In this document: positions 9,298-18,370 of the stretch, in pieces
Numbering within the stretch: position 1 is the first letter of the stretch
Layout: every line of letters starts with the position of its first letter
DNA from: a candidate division TM6 bacterium UASB124
GTDB lineage: Bacteria > Babelota > Babeliae > Babelales > RVW-14
Length of the DNA stretch: 64,000 bases
Assembly: GCA_945897315.1 (NCBI GenBank)
Contig: CAMDFF010000001.1
Span: 106,366-170,365 of the forward strand
Reading direction: 5' to 3'
Position numbers and translations under genes: made by a program
The notes under the pieces: model-generated
Seen by the model: the letters and a program-made list of their open reading frames with translations, nothing else
Database searches by the model: none
What the model was told of the DNA's origin: nothing

Positions 9298-10518
9298 CAC
9301 AATAAATGGCACAGAGACGCCAGAGGTTGCCACTTTGTATCCAGCAATACCAAACAAAAAGCAGCATGAAAGTAAAGCTAACAGCGGTGTCCAACGAGGC
9401 AGACCTTCTGTTGCCTTGCTGGACACCGCAAAAAATGCAGCGACTACGGCGATACTGAATGAGGCAATTTGTGCTAATACCGACATGTTTTGCAAAGGTA
9501 TCTGGTTGGTGGTAATTGATAAAATGAATACCGCTATGCCAGATTCAATTAACAAGCTTATCCATGGCACGTTGTGGTGATTAACTTTTGTCAAAAATGC
9601 TTTACCGGGCAGATGATTGTTATGTGCAATTGTGTGTAGATTCCAGCAGTTGCTTGTAAGTAATGAGAAAAAACCACCGACAATGGAAGCGAAAACTAGT
9701 CCATTGAGTAGGCTGCCAATGAAAGGATTGGTAGCAAAAGTTTTCATTCCAAGAACTAAAATGGGCTCTTGTGCATCAATTAAATCATAGCCAATAACGC
9801 CAAAGATAATGGTTTGAAAAAGTGTGTTGATTGCAGCGACAATAAAAAATGATGTCAATATTACACGCTTGATATTTTTTTTTGCATCGTGAATTTGATT
9901 GCCGATGGCACAGATAACTTCAAAGCCAAGAAGAGCAAAAACGGCTATAGGAAGTGAAGAGCATACTTCCTGAAGTGAGACAACCTCTTGAAAGTTTTTT
10001 GTATCAAATAAAAAGAATCCGATAGCAAATGTAGCAAGTACCGGTGCTGCCTTGAGCGCACTAAAAAAATAAGTGATATTGCCACCTATAGAAACGCCGC
10101 CAATGTTGAGTAGCATAAAAAAGAGAATCATCGCAATGTCGATTAACAGTACGGGTGTGTCTTGTAAAAAGTACGCACGTGCTTGAAAAAACTGTACAAA
10201 TTTGTGCATGAGTAGCGCGGCACTAACTGTTTTACCCACAAAGTAAGCCCAGGCGCTTAAAAAACCAGCCCAGCGGCCGATATATGTTTTGCTATAAATG
10301 TAAAGACCGCCTGCAACAGGGTGTAGTTTTGCCAGTTCGGCAATGCATAAAATGATGGGAAGTATAAGTAGTGCGCCAAGCACATAGCCAAGAAAACCAT
10401 ATGGACCAGCGATCTTTGCGAGCGAGCTTGGATTGATAAATAAACCTGCACCAATGATTGAATTGATACAGAGTAAAATTGCTTTAGATGGGCTAATGCC
10501 GGTAGCTGTCTTGTTCAT
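9232..10518 (-). CDS. APC-superfamily amino-acid permease
   Basis: About 12 TM helices. N-terminal INSIIGAGLFI motif and the pair AELAKLHPVAGGLYIYS typical of the APC family. Confidence 0.8.
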   Translation of the reverse strand: MNKTATGISPSKAILLCINSIIGAGLFINPSSLAKIAGPYGFLGYVLGALLILPIILCIAELAKLHPVAGGLYIYSKTYIGRWAGFLSAWAYFVGKTVSAALLMHKFVQFFQARAYFLQDTPVLLIDIAMILFFMLLNIGGVSIGGNITYFFSALKAAPVLATFAIGFFLFDTKNFQEVVSLQEVCSSLPIAVFALLGFEVICAIGNQIHDAKKNIKRVILTSFFIVAAINTLFQTIIFGVIGYDLIDAQEPILVLGMKTFATNPFIGSLLNGLVFASIVGGFFSLLTSNCWNLHTIAHNNHLPGKAFLTKVNHHNVPWISLLIESGIAVFILSITTNQIPLQNMSVLAQIASFSIAVVAAFFAVSSKATEGLPRWTPLLALLSCCFLFGIAGYKVATSGVSVPFIVLFLTGCIAAIAQQYITGVKRG

Positions 10519-10542
10519 AAAATCTTTCGTTTAAAATAAAAT

Positions 10543-10575
10543 CCCCCTATGGTTCGAAAATTGTACCATAGGGGG
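10543..10575 (-). terminator. Rho-independent terminator
   Basis: CCCCCTATGGT-11 nt-ACCATAGGGGG, followed on the minus strand by ATTTTATTTT. Lies downstream of the 10607 stop. Confidence 0.7.
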
Positions 10576-10606
10576 CTGCATTTTGCACGAAACGGGCGAT
10601 AGTAAC

Positions 10607-11428
10607 TTAGCGACCACCCATGGTGAAGTTTAGTTTCGCGGTTGGTCTACCGGCAACAAGGTGACGATCTTTATCGTTTTCTTTGCGTTTGTAGTCGCGC
10701 TCTTTATGGTTTTCCCAGCTATCGTGTGATAGTTTGTCGCTTTGCAATGTTTTTTCATGTTGTTGCTTGCGCATCTGAGCCATATGTTTTTCAAAGAGGC
10801 CTACTTGTAGGTCATACTTTTCATGCTTAGTAATGATTTGTAAGAGTAGCTCTATATTGTTATAAATTGCTGGAATAGAAGCACGCAAACCATGGTAGCC
10901 TTGTATGATAAATGGATAATTATCTGGAGCCTGGATGGCTTCGTTATATGCAAGATCTAGCTCTGTGGAGGCGCTGCCAAGATTTATAGAATTACGCATG
11001 AGTGATTCACGGGCGGCAACAAGTGGCCAGCTGGTCCCATAAATACTAATAATGCGTGCTACGACTGCATCCTGATTATCGCCAGCGCGTGCAATAAGCT
11101 TGTTAGCGTGCAGCGATGCAATAACGCCTTGAGCGTATGCAAAGCGACCAGTTGGTGTATATTTGCTCATGATATTATGAATGAGCGCGCCAGCAGCAAA
11201 ACCAGCAGCCGCGGAGCCAAGGCCGGTTAGAAGCCACGTGCTGGTATTTGAACAGCCATTGTGACGAGCTAAGAGGTGGATACCGTATCCAGTCAGTGCG
11301 CTACAAGCTATGCCTCCGCCAACTGCACATGCAGTAACAGTTGTTTCGCTGATAGGGCTGACATCGTGCACAAAAATTACGAGCACAAGGCTGAGAACAA
11401 CTGTTTTTATCGAAATAGATGAGAACAT
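10607..11428 (-). CDS. Hypothetical membrane protein with glycine-zipper-like helices and a basic C-terminus
   Basis: N-terminal TM, then AVGGGIACSALTGYGI and GLGSAAAGFAAGALI segments. No recognisable catalytic motif. Confidence 0.5.
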   Translation of the reverse strand: MFSSISIKTVVLSLVLVIFVHDVSPISETTVTACAVGGGIACSALTGYGIHLLARHNGCSNTSTWLLTGLGSAAAGFAAGALIHNIMSKYTPTGRFAYAQGVIASLHANKLIARAGDNQDAVVARIISIYGTSWPLVAARESLMRNSINLGSASTELDLAYNEAIQAPDNYPFIIQGYHGLRASIPAIYNNIELLLQIITKHEKYDLQVGLFEKHMAQMRKQQHEKTLQSDKLSHDSWENHKERDYKRKENDKDRHLVAGRPTAKLNFTMGGR

Positions 11429-11542
11429 GGGACGCCTTTCAGTATCGAGAGTATGGGGGTGGGTCTATCAAAAATGTCCTGCCAGACTAGCTTAGGCTGC
11501 CCAAATGTCAACAAACAGCTAGTGATACGTAGCTTGATAACA

Positions 11543-12373
11543 CTAATCAAGATAAACGATAGTAGCTTTTTCTCGTAACGTTTTTTCAAGGTTTTTTACA
11601 ATTTTGCTTTTGCGTTTATTTTGAATGGTTCGTTCAATATTGTTGTAGCGCTCAGCAAGAGTTTTGAGTCGCATGTCTTGCTTATCGATAAGCTTAACTA
11701 ATTCGTAGCTACTGTCTTTATGGAGCGGTGCCATAGTTTGTCCAGGCTGAAGATCTTTTACACCAAGATAGTCGTCATTGAGCTCTGCTGTTTCAATAAA
11801 CCCATGCTCTTCCCAGATAAGGCTAGGGTCGCTAGGGATAGATTCTTTTTTTTCTTCATATTGCTCCTCTGTCACGGTAGCAATGGAGAGGCAATACGCC
11901 TCTTTAGTGTATTCAGGGTTTTTTTGATAGTACTCTTCAACTTCTTGTGCGCTAACGATAATTTTTTCACTCATCTCAATATGTTTAACATTATCAGCAG
12001 CTATGCGCCTGCCAAGTTGTTGCTTGTAAGAAATCAGCGTAAGCCCATTCTCTTTCAGCTCTTTTTCAAATTCTTCATCTGAAAGTTCTTGTAGGCCATT
12101 GTGTGTTTTGAATGCAAGTAATTGGCGGTCTATGTCGGCCATGGATGGTAACACATGCATAGTAGCGGCGTATTGAGCCATAAGCTCATCATTAATCGCA
12201 TCATCAAGTGAAAAAATATTGTTTTCTGCGGCAATCCGTGGCAACTCTAAGTCTGATTGTAGAATATTGGTTCCATTTACCCGTGCAACTATCTTGTCAA
12301 CTACGACACGTTCAGCGTGCACGCTACAGGTGGTAGCGAGTAGTGTCGTGACTAAAAGGCCAAAATTTTTCAT
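11543..12373 (-). CDS. SurA N-terminal-domain chaperone-like protein
   Basis: Signal peptide plus VDKIVARVNGTNILQSDLELP, typical of SurA/PpiD N-domains. No intact parvulin signature seen. Confidence 0.55.
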   Translation of the reverse strand: MKNFGLLVTTLLATTCSVHAERVVVDKIVARVNGTNILQSDLELPRIAAENNIFSLDDAINDELMAQYAATMHVLPSMADIDRQLLAFKTHNGLQELSDEEFEKELKENGLTLISYKQQLGRRIAADNVKHIEMSEKIIVSAQEVEEYYQKNPEYTKEAYCLSIATVTEEQYEEKKESIPSDPSLIWEEHGFIETAELNDDYLGVKDLQPGQTMAPLHKDSSYELVKLIDKQDMRLKTLAERYNNIERTIQNKRKSKIVKNLEKTLREKATIVYLD

Positions 12374-12445
12374 CTGCTTTCTCCTATTGAAAAAGGGCGA
12401 ACTGTTGCCAGCTCGCCCTAAAAAAATTATGAACAGTGATATTAC

Positions 12446-13450
12446 TTAAGCTGCTTCAGCTACTGCGTGAGCAGCGCTAGGAGCGTCGTCTTCGCCTTTT
12501 TCGGCTACAGGTTCTTTACTGTTGAAGAATGATTCATTTACGGAAACATTCATCTTGCTACGAATATCTTTGAGGCGAGCATCAAGAACATCTTTGAACT
12601 TATTGCTCTTAAGCATGCCTTCGATATGAGGCTTAACTTCAGCAAGTTCGAAGAGTTCAGTGTTCTTTTTATCCCAAGCTTTAACAATCCAAAAGTCTTT
12701 ACCAGCTTTAACTTTTTCTAGGTAAGGAGCTTTTGGTACAGCCAAGACAGCTTCTTTGATTGGTGCAGGTACGATTTCAAATTGCATACCGCGAGAATCT
12801 TTGCTGACGCGGCCAAAATCTCTGAATTTGCCATCCTTTTCAGCTTTTGCCAATGTTTCAAAGGCCTCAATGTTTTGACGAGCCTTTACTAAGAAGGCAT
12901 CAGCTGCTGCGTCTGTATCAAAGCGAACACCAGCAGCAAGAACGCCACCAGCGACTTTAACAAATTTTTCTTTGTTTTCGTTATAGTGCTTGCTCATTTC
13001 TTCATCGCTGACAGAAATGCCATCGTAGATTTCTTTTTCAACAACTTGCACTTTAAGTGCGCTCTTGAGCTGTTTGTCAGCTTCTTGGTAGGCTTTAATA
13101 AACGCAGGATGTTTCTCAATGTTGTTTTCGTTAGCATGTGCTTCGATCAATGCTTGGGTAACGAGTTGTTCAAAGAATTTGCGTTGTAATTCTTTGGGAA
13201 GTGATTCAGCGGTGGCGCCACGGAAATACTGATTTGCTTGAATCATTTGGTTCAAGTTATTGAGAAAATCAGACTCGTTAATAACCGGCTTGCCGTTGAT
13301 AGAGCAAAGAACTGCGCCGTCTCCCGACCCTGATGCTGTCGTCTCTGCGGAGGCTTTTTTCTTAAAGGGGTTCCAGTCACATCCAGTAAAAACCATGAGC
13401 GACAAGCTCAAAAGTGAACCTTTAATCAGAAGGCTTGATAATTGCTTCAT
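12446..13450 (-). CDS. PrsA/SurA/PpiD-like lipoprotein chaperone (parvulin-like domain degenerate)
   Basis: Lipobox LMVFTGC, VLCSINGKPVINESDF (SurA-N-like) and a weak rotamase-like stretch near DFGRVSKD...FWIVKA. Confidence 0.5.
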   Translation of the reverse strand: MKQLSSLLIKGSLLSLSLMVFTGCDWNPFKKKASAETTASGSGDGAVLCSINGKPVINESDFLNNLNQMIQANQYFRGATAESLPKELQRKFFEQLVTQALIEAHANENNIEKHPAFIKAYQEADKQLKSALKVQVVEKEIYDGISVSDEEMSKHYNENKEKFVKVAGGVLAAGVRFDTDAAADAFLVKARQNIEAFETLAKAEKDGKFRDFGRVSKDSRGMQFEIVPAPIKEAVLAVPKAPYLEKVKAGKDFWIVKAWDKKNTELFELAEVKPHIEGMLKSNKFKDVLDARLKDIRSKMNVSVNESFFNSKEPVAEKGEDDAPSAAHAVAEAA

Positions 13451-13600
13451 AATGGTATAAATCCTCTATGAGTTATTGAGTTGGACAACAAAACGTGTTT
13501 AATGCTAGCACACCTTCGTAATTTTTCAAGGAGGCGATGTTTTGTGCTACACTGTGTGCGGTCTGATAAAGTTTAATCTTTTTTACAATGAAGGAAGTTC

Positions 13601-14899
13601 ATGTCAGGACGCGGAAAAATAGGTTTTTGGTCAGCAGTTCTTATGAATATCAATATTATTGTTGGGGCAGGTATTTTGTTTTCGCCAGCACCAATGGCTG
13701 CGCTCGCAGGCTCAGTAAGCTTTTTAGCATGGGGCTTTGTAGGCCTTCTTGTTTTCCCAGTAATTTGGTGTATTGCGCAAGCACCACGGCTTTTCCCTGG
13801 TGAAGGCGGTTTTTATAATTATTGCACAAAAGGGATCAATCCAACAGCCGGCTTTATTGCACAGTGGGCTTATTTGCTTGGTTACTTGGGCACAGCAACA
13901 ACGATGCTGATTGTTATTCGTGATGCGTTAGTAAATAAACTAGGCTGCTCTTTTGTTGGCGAGCATCCCTTACTTATTAATACATTGCTTATTGGGGTGT
14001 TTACGCTGCTTAATATGCTTCCTGCTGATAAAATTGGTAAAATACAGAGCATTGCAACAGTGCTGAAAATGGCCCCACTCTTGCTAGCTATTGGTTTGCT
14101 ACCATTTTTCTTCAACACTGCAATTGTGTATGATTTAACGAAAGTGCCAAGCTTGTTTATGACCTTGCCGCTCGCAATCTATGCATTCTGGGGCTTTGAG
14201 GCATGTGCAAGTATTGGTGGCTTGCTTAAAGATGGTCCACAAAGTGTTGGCCGCGTTGTGTTGACAGCATTTGCTATTACGGTTGCCCTGTACACATTGT
14301 TCCATTTTAGCGTTATGCATATCATGGGTGTTGATGCTCTTGCTCAATTTGGCCCAGCAGTATTTCCAAACTATCTTGGTTTTGCACCGGGCCTGACACA
14401 AGGTCTAGCAAGTGGTATTTTGGTGGCTATTGTTTTTAGCTACATGAACAGTTTATTTGGCGTTATGCTTGGCAACATGTCCAATTTTTATTTGTTGGTA
14501 AAAAACCGATTATTGGTTGGTTCAGATACGTTGAGCAAAACAAACAGTGCAGACCGCCCGGTGATGACAGCGGTTGCCCTTGCAGCTGTAACGTGGTTGC
14601 TTGCATTCTTTATCGATACGCTTAACTGTGCGGTTGCAATTACTAATGTTGGAGTTTCTACCGCGTTTGTTTTTACGCTTGTTGCGCTACTACTTTTCTA
14701 TAAAAAAACAAATAATATTAAACAGCTGTTAGTTACGCTGCTTGGCTGTGCTTCTTGTGGTATGTTGATTTACTATAGCTGGATGAGCATTGACCCTGAT
14801 GCAACGCAAAGGCTTATTTATGCATCACCGTTGGCAATTGGCCTTGTGATAGGCCTTGCTATGAAGTATATGGCTCCAACACAGCACGTCAGAAAGTAA
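13601..14899 (+). CDS. APC-superfamily amino-acid permease
   Basis: About 12 TM helices, with INIIVGAGILF and QAPRLFPGEGGFYNY motifs. RBS GAAGGAAG. Confidence 0.8.
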   Translation: MSGRGKIGFWSAVLMNINIIVGAGILFSPAPMAALAGSVSFLAWGFVGLLVFPVIWCIAQAPRLFPGEGGFYNYCTKGINPTAGFIAQWAYLLGYLGTATTMLIVIRDALVNKLGCSFVGEHPLLINTLLIGVFTLLNMLPADKIGKIQSIATVLKMAPLLLAIGLLPFFFNTAIVYDLTKVPSLFMTLPLAIYAFWGFEACASIGGLLKDGPQSVGRVVLTAFAITVALYTLFHFSVMHIMGVDALAQFGPAVFPNYLGFAPGLTQGLASGILVAIVFSYMNSLFGVMLGNMSNFYLLVKNRLLVGSDTLSKTNSADRPVMTAVALAAVTWLLAFFIDTLNCAVAITNVGVSTAFVFTLVALLLFYKKTNNIKQLLVTLLGCASCGMLIYYSWMSIDPDATQRLIYASPLAIGLVIGLAMKYMAPTQHVRK

Positions 14900-14906
14900 C
14901 TAATTC

Positions 14907-16169
14907 ATGCAACAAGTAATCCCATTTTGGCTTGCCGTACTCATTAATATTAATATTGTTATTGGGGCCGGTTTTTTTCTTGTTGTGCAAAAGATCTCTA
15001 TAGCGAGTGGCGCGCTTGCGCCATTCGCATGGCTTTTATGCGGCATCCTTCTTCTGCCTTTTGTTAATGCGATTGCACAGCTTTCACAACGTTTTCCACG
15101 GGCTGGTGGCATCTATGTCTTTAGTAATGAGCTGCTCGGCGACACCTGGGGAGTGGTTAGTGGCTGGGCATATTATCTTGGCACTGTTGCTGCGAATGCT
15201 TGCGTTGGCCACGCGCTGGCAGAAGCATTGATGCAGTTTCCTGGTATTAATAATTATGTGGTTGCTTATAATATTCCTGTTCTGTACGGGGATATTTTTG
15301 TGGTTGGGCTCTTCACATTGCTTAACTTGCGCAATATTGATTTTTTGGAAAAGGCGCAATTGCTTTTTACTAGCTTTAAAATGCTTCCGTTGGTTGCCAT
15401 GGTTATTGCGTTGCCACTACTTTTTTCTTGGAGCAATGTGATGAGCGGGTCATTTGAACCATTAAGTTTATTGCCGACGCTGCCAAAAGTATTTTTTGCA
15501 TACATTGGCATCGAGGCATGCTGCTCAGTCATGGATAAAATAGACAACGCAAAAAAAAATGCATCACGGCTTATTTTTACTTCGTTTGCTGCAATTGTTG
15601 CCATCTATGGCCTCTTGCAGCTGGCAGCGCTCAGTATTCATGGGACTACTGATGTGGATGCATTTTTAAGCTTGCCGGGCTTACTGTTTTCAAATCCAGT
15701 ATTGGCTGGTTTAACGAATTATGCTATTCGCATTGGGCTGCTAGCATCTTATTTGGCCGGATTTTATGGGGTTTTTTACTTCAACAATTGGAATCTTTAC
15801 ACCATGGCAAAAGAGACAGGAATAAAACAGATAGCATTCCTAACAAAGCTTAATGCTGATCAGGTGCCTTGGGTTTCTGTGTTGGCTCAATCGGGCCTGG
15901 TGCTCTCATTTCTGCTTTTTTTACACAGTGACTATATTTATATTTTAGCTGATGCTGGTACGGTTATAGCTTACGTGTTAACTGCTGTTGCATTCTTTGC
16001 TTGGCAGCGCTCGCTTGTTGCTCTGCTTGCAATTATTAGCTGCTCATCGCTTTTGTATGTTTTTGGTAAAAATTTATTGGATAGCGGATTGGTTACGCTT
16101 ATCCCAGCGATATTAATGTTGGTTGGCGGTGTTATTTTTTATTGGTTGTGCAAACGCACACATGCGTAA
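14907..16169 (+). CDS. APC-superfamily amino-acid permease (paralogue of 13601-14899)
   Basis: INIVIGAGFFL and QLSQRFPRAGGIYVFS motifs, ~12 TM helices, in tandem with the previous permease. Confidence 0.8.
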   Translation: MQQVIPFWLAVLININIVIGAGFFLVVQKISIASGALAPFAWLLCGILLLPFVNAIAQLSQRFPRAGGIYVFSNELLGDTWGVVSGWAYYLGTVAANACVGHALAEALMQFPGINNYVVAYNIPVLYGDIFVVGLFTLLNLRNIDFLEKAQLLFTSFKMLPLVAMVIALPLLFSWSNVMSGSFEPLSLLPTLPKVFFAYIGIEACCSVMDKIDNAKKNASRLIFTSFAAIVAIYGLLQLAALSIHGTTDVDAFLSLPGLLFSNPVLAGLTNYAIRIGLLASYLAGFYGVFYFNNWNLYTMAKETGIKQIAFLTKLNADQVPWVSVLAQSGLVLSFLLFLHSDYIYILADAGTVIAYVLTAVAFFAWQRSLVALLAIISCSSLLYVFGKNLLDSGLVTLIPAILMLVGGVIFYWLCKRTHA

Positions 16170-16179
16170 GGTTTTTGAC

Positions 16180-16905
16180 ATGAAAAAATGTACAACAGGT
16201 TTAATCTTGTATTGTGTTGTTGTTGCATCGCTGAGTGCTGCAGCGATCCAGGTTATTAAGCCATATCGGCCGAAAACTCACGCGTGTTTTTTTGATAAAT
16301 GCTCTCAGGTGTTCAAAGATGCAGCCGAACAACAATCTTTCGTGATTTCGTTGCGTCATGAAACTGCCTACACTGATTATCGCGAAAACGCCAAAGTTTT
16401 TTGTGATCAATGGCAGCGTACCCCATCAAGCGGTAGCGTTATATATAATCGCAAAGAACAGAGACTAGCCTATGGAAAGATTGTTGATTTTCTTATAGTT
16501 CTGAGCATTGTTTCTTTTGAGGATGATAAATATATTAAAAATGATCTTTTCGGTTGGGAAATAGCCAATACGTTAACGACTCTTATTGTTTTGAGAAATC
16601 CTACTGAATTAAGGCTAGATGAGCTAGTCGTTCTGAGTGAGGTATGTATTGTGTTCGGTTATCCAACTGAACAAGCAGTGAAATACAAAAAAATTAAAAA
16701 CGGCCGCGACATGATGCAGGCAGCATGGGGCGACAATTTTGATATTGTTGTTGCTCAGATTCGATCTTGCTTGGAAGCTAAAATTCTACAAACTGAGGCA
16801 GAGCAAGGAGCAGCACTTGTGCTCCGTCGATCTAATGCTGTTTGTTCATACTTTGATTTACCGCTTAAGCGATCAAATGCAGTTTTGCCGCATGGCGTAA
16901 AGTAA
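16180..16905 (+). CDS. Hypothetical exported protein
   Basis: The ATG at 16180 gives the signal peptide MKKCTTGLILYCVVVASLSAAA. No family motif recognised. Confidence 0.5.
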   Translation: MKKCTTGLILYCVVVASLSAAAIQVIKPYRPKTHACFFDKCSQVFKDAAEQQSFVISLRHETAYTDYRENAKVFCDQWQRTPSSGSVIYNRKEQRLAYGKIVDFLIVLSIVSFEDDKYIKNDLFGWEIANTLTTLIVLRNPTELRLDELVVLSEVCIVFGYPTEQAVKYKKIKNGRDMMQAAWGDNFDIVVAQIRSCLEAKILQTEAEQGAALVLRRSNAVCSYFDLPLKRSNAVLPHGVK

Positions 16906-16918
16906 TAAAATAAAAATA

Positions 16919-16991
16919 GGCCCCTCTAGATTAGTGAATAGCAGTGAGAGGGGTCATTGCCAGAAAAAAGCCCCAGCATGAATCGCCAGGG
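16919..16991 (-). terminator. Two tandem hairpins between convergent genes
   Basis: GGCCCCTCT...AGAGGGGTC (16919-16955) and CCCCAGC...GCCAGGG (16971-16991, uses G:U pairs). Both are followed by T-runs on the minus strand. Confidence 0.5.
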
Positions 16992-17010
16992 CCATGGATT
17001 GGATAGAGGT

Positions 17011-18342
17011 CTAGTTGATACACGTGCCAAGCGCAATAAACTTAAAGTCTGTTGCGTTGAGCAGCGATGCAATGCGCATGTTAAATACTGTGTCCCGTGA
17101 AACAGGCTTGCGCAATTGTTTCACAACAATACTTAGATCTTCAGGGAATTGATTTGGCTCAATCATCCAGCCATTCAAAAATTGAGGCAAAGAGATAAAA
17201 TATAATTCATTGAACGACATCAGCAACGTTTCGTTAGCAGTAGCGTTAAAATCCTGCTGATTGCAAAAACGGCGATCAAGTTGATATGTGCCTAGGGCGA
17301 TGCTGTTTTCGTCTGTAATCGTCCATGTTGTTATGCTGCGAGGAATTTCAATAACGCTATCATTGTTTAAACGAGCCTTAAAGGTTTCGCCCGTCAGTGT
17401 AAATTCTGTGCGTTCCATGGTTAGTGTGCGCTCTGGAAGAGGAATAACAATTTTATCACCAATTCCACCATCTGCACTTGCGCTACGTACTAAAAACTCC
17501 CAGCCATTTGCGTAATAAACTGGTTGCGATGGAAGTTGGGGGTCGATATTTTTAATGTTATAAACACCCGCGCGAAGCATCTGAAGAATGTCTGATCCGC
17601 CAGCGATGTATTTAATAGTGTTGCCTGCATCAGCTTTTTCTTTGAGCGTTTTCAGGCTATTTTCATGCCAGTGCTTCCAGCCATTTCCTGCCAAATTATA
17701 CCAAGCAACTGCGTAGAGCATGCGCCCTAGTGGTTGGTCTTTTACATTTAACATGATGCGTTCAAAGGTTGGAAATGTTTTTGTTTCAAAGCAATATTCA
17801 AAGAAATGGTTCGCTACCGTGAACAGATATTTGTGTGCTTCTGCTTGATTTGGGTGAGCAAACAGCAAGCGAAACAGTGCATTATAGCGATCAATAATTT
17901 TAGTGGAGTCAGTGCTTGTGCTTTCTTCTATGGCATCTGCCGTGCTGCATAGAGGGAGCTCGCGTAGTACAGCAATAAAAGTAGCCATGTCATTTTGCAT
18001 AAGCTCGTATACCGCACTAAAATTCTGTTTAATAGGGTCTGCTACGGGGTTGCGCAATATAAATCCGTCAGGGTTAATATGTGATGCAGTAAGTTTATCA
18101 AGGAGCTGTTCGAGTGGCTTCAGAGTGCTTATTGCGCTTACGTACTGCTGTTTTATGTGGGAAGCATCAAGATGTGCAGTCATGGTTGTAAGATCTTTGT
18201 CCGGCATAATTTGTTGCCATTCAAGCCATTTGGCAAAAACTTCGTTGGCCTGCTTGGTAATTGGTTGTGCCTGCAAGCACATGGACATGCTTATATTTAG
18301 TGCCGCGAGCAGAGATAGGCGTTTAATCAGAGTAGAAATCAT
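17011..18342 (-). CDS. Hypothetical secreted protein, tandem paralogue A
   Basis: The ATG at 18342 gives a signal peptide (LSLLAALNISMSMCLQA). Shares blocks with 18371-19720: W.HWH.N.L, Y[IV]AGG.D..Q.LR.G.YN, DP..P.Q..YY..GW.[FY]LV and [VI]KQ.RKPV.....N.RIAS.LN. Confidence 0.6.
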   Translation of the reverse strand: MISTLIKRLSLLAALNISMSMCLQAQPITKQANEVFAKWLEWQQIMPDKDLTTMTAHLDASHIKQQYVSAISTLKPLEQLLDKLTASHINPDGFILRNPVADPIKQNFSAVYELMQNDMATFIAVLRELPLCSTADAIEESTSTDSTKIIDRYNALFRLLFAHPNQAEAHKYLFTVANHFFEYCFETKTFPTFERIMLNVKDQPLGRMLYAVAWYNLAGNGWKHWHENSLKTLKEKADAGNTIKYIAGGSDILQMLRAGVYNIKNIDPQLPSQPVYYANGWEFLVRSASADGGIGDKIVIPLPERTLTMERTEFTLTGETFKARLNNDSVIEIPRSITTWTITDENSIALGTYQLDRRFCNQQDFNATANETLLMSFNELYFISLPQFLNGWMIEPNQFPEDLSIVVKQLRKPVSRDTVFNMRIASLLNATDFKFIALGTCIN

Positions 18343-18370
18343 AGGACCCCTTTTTTTGGTTAAGATGATT

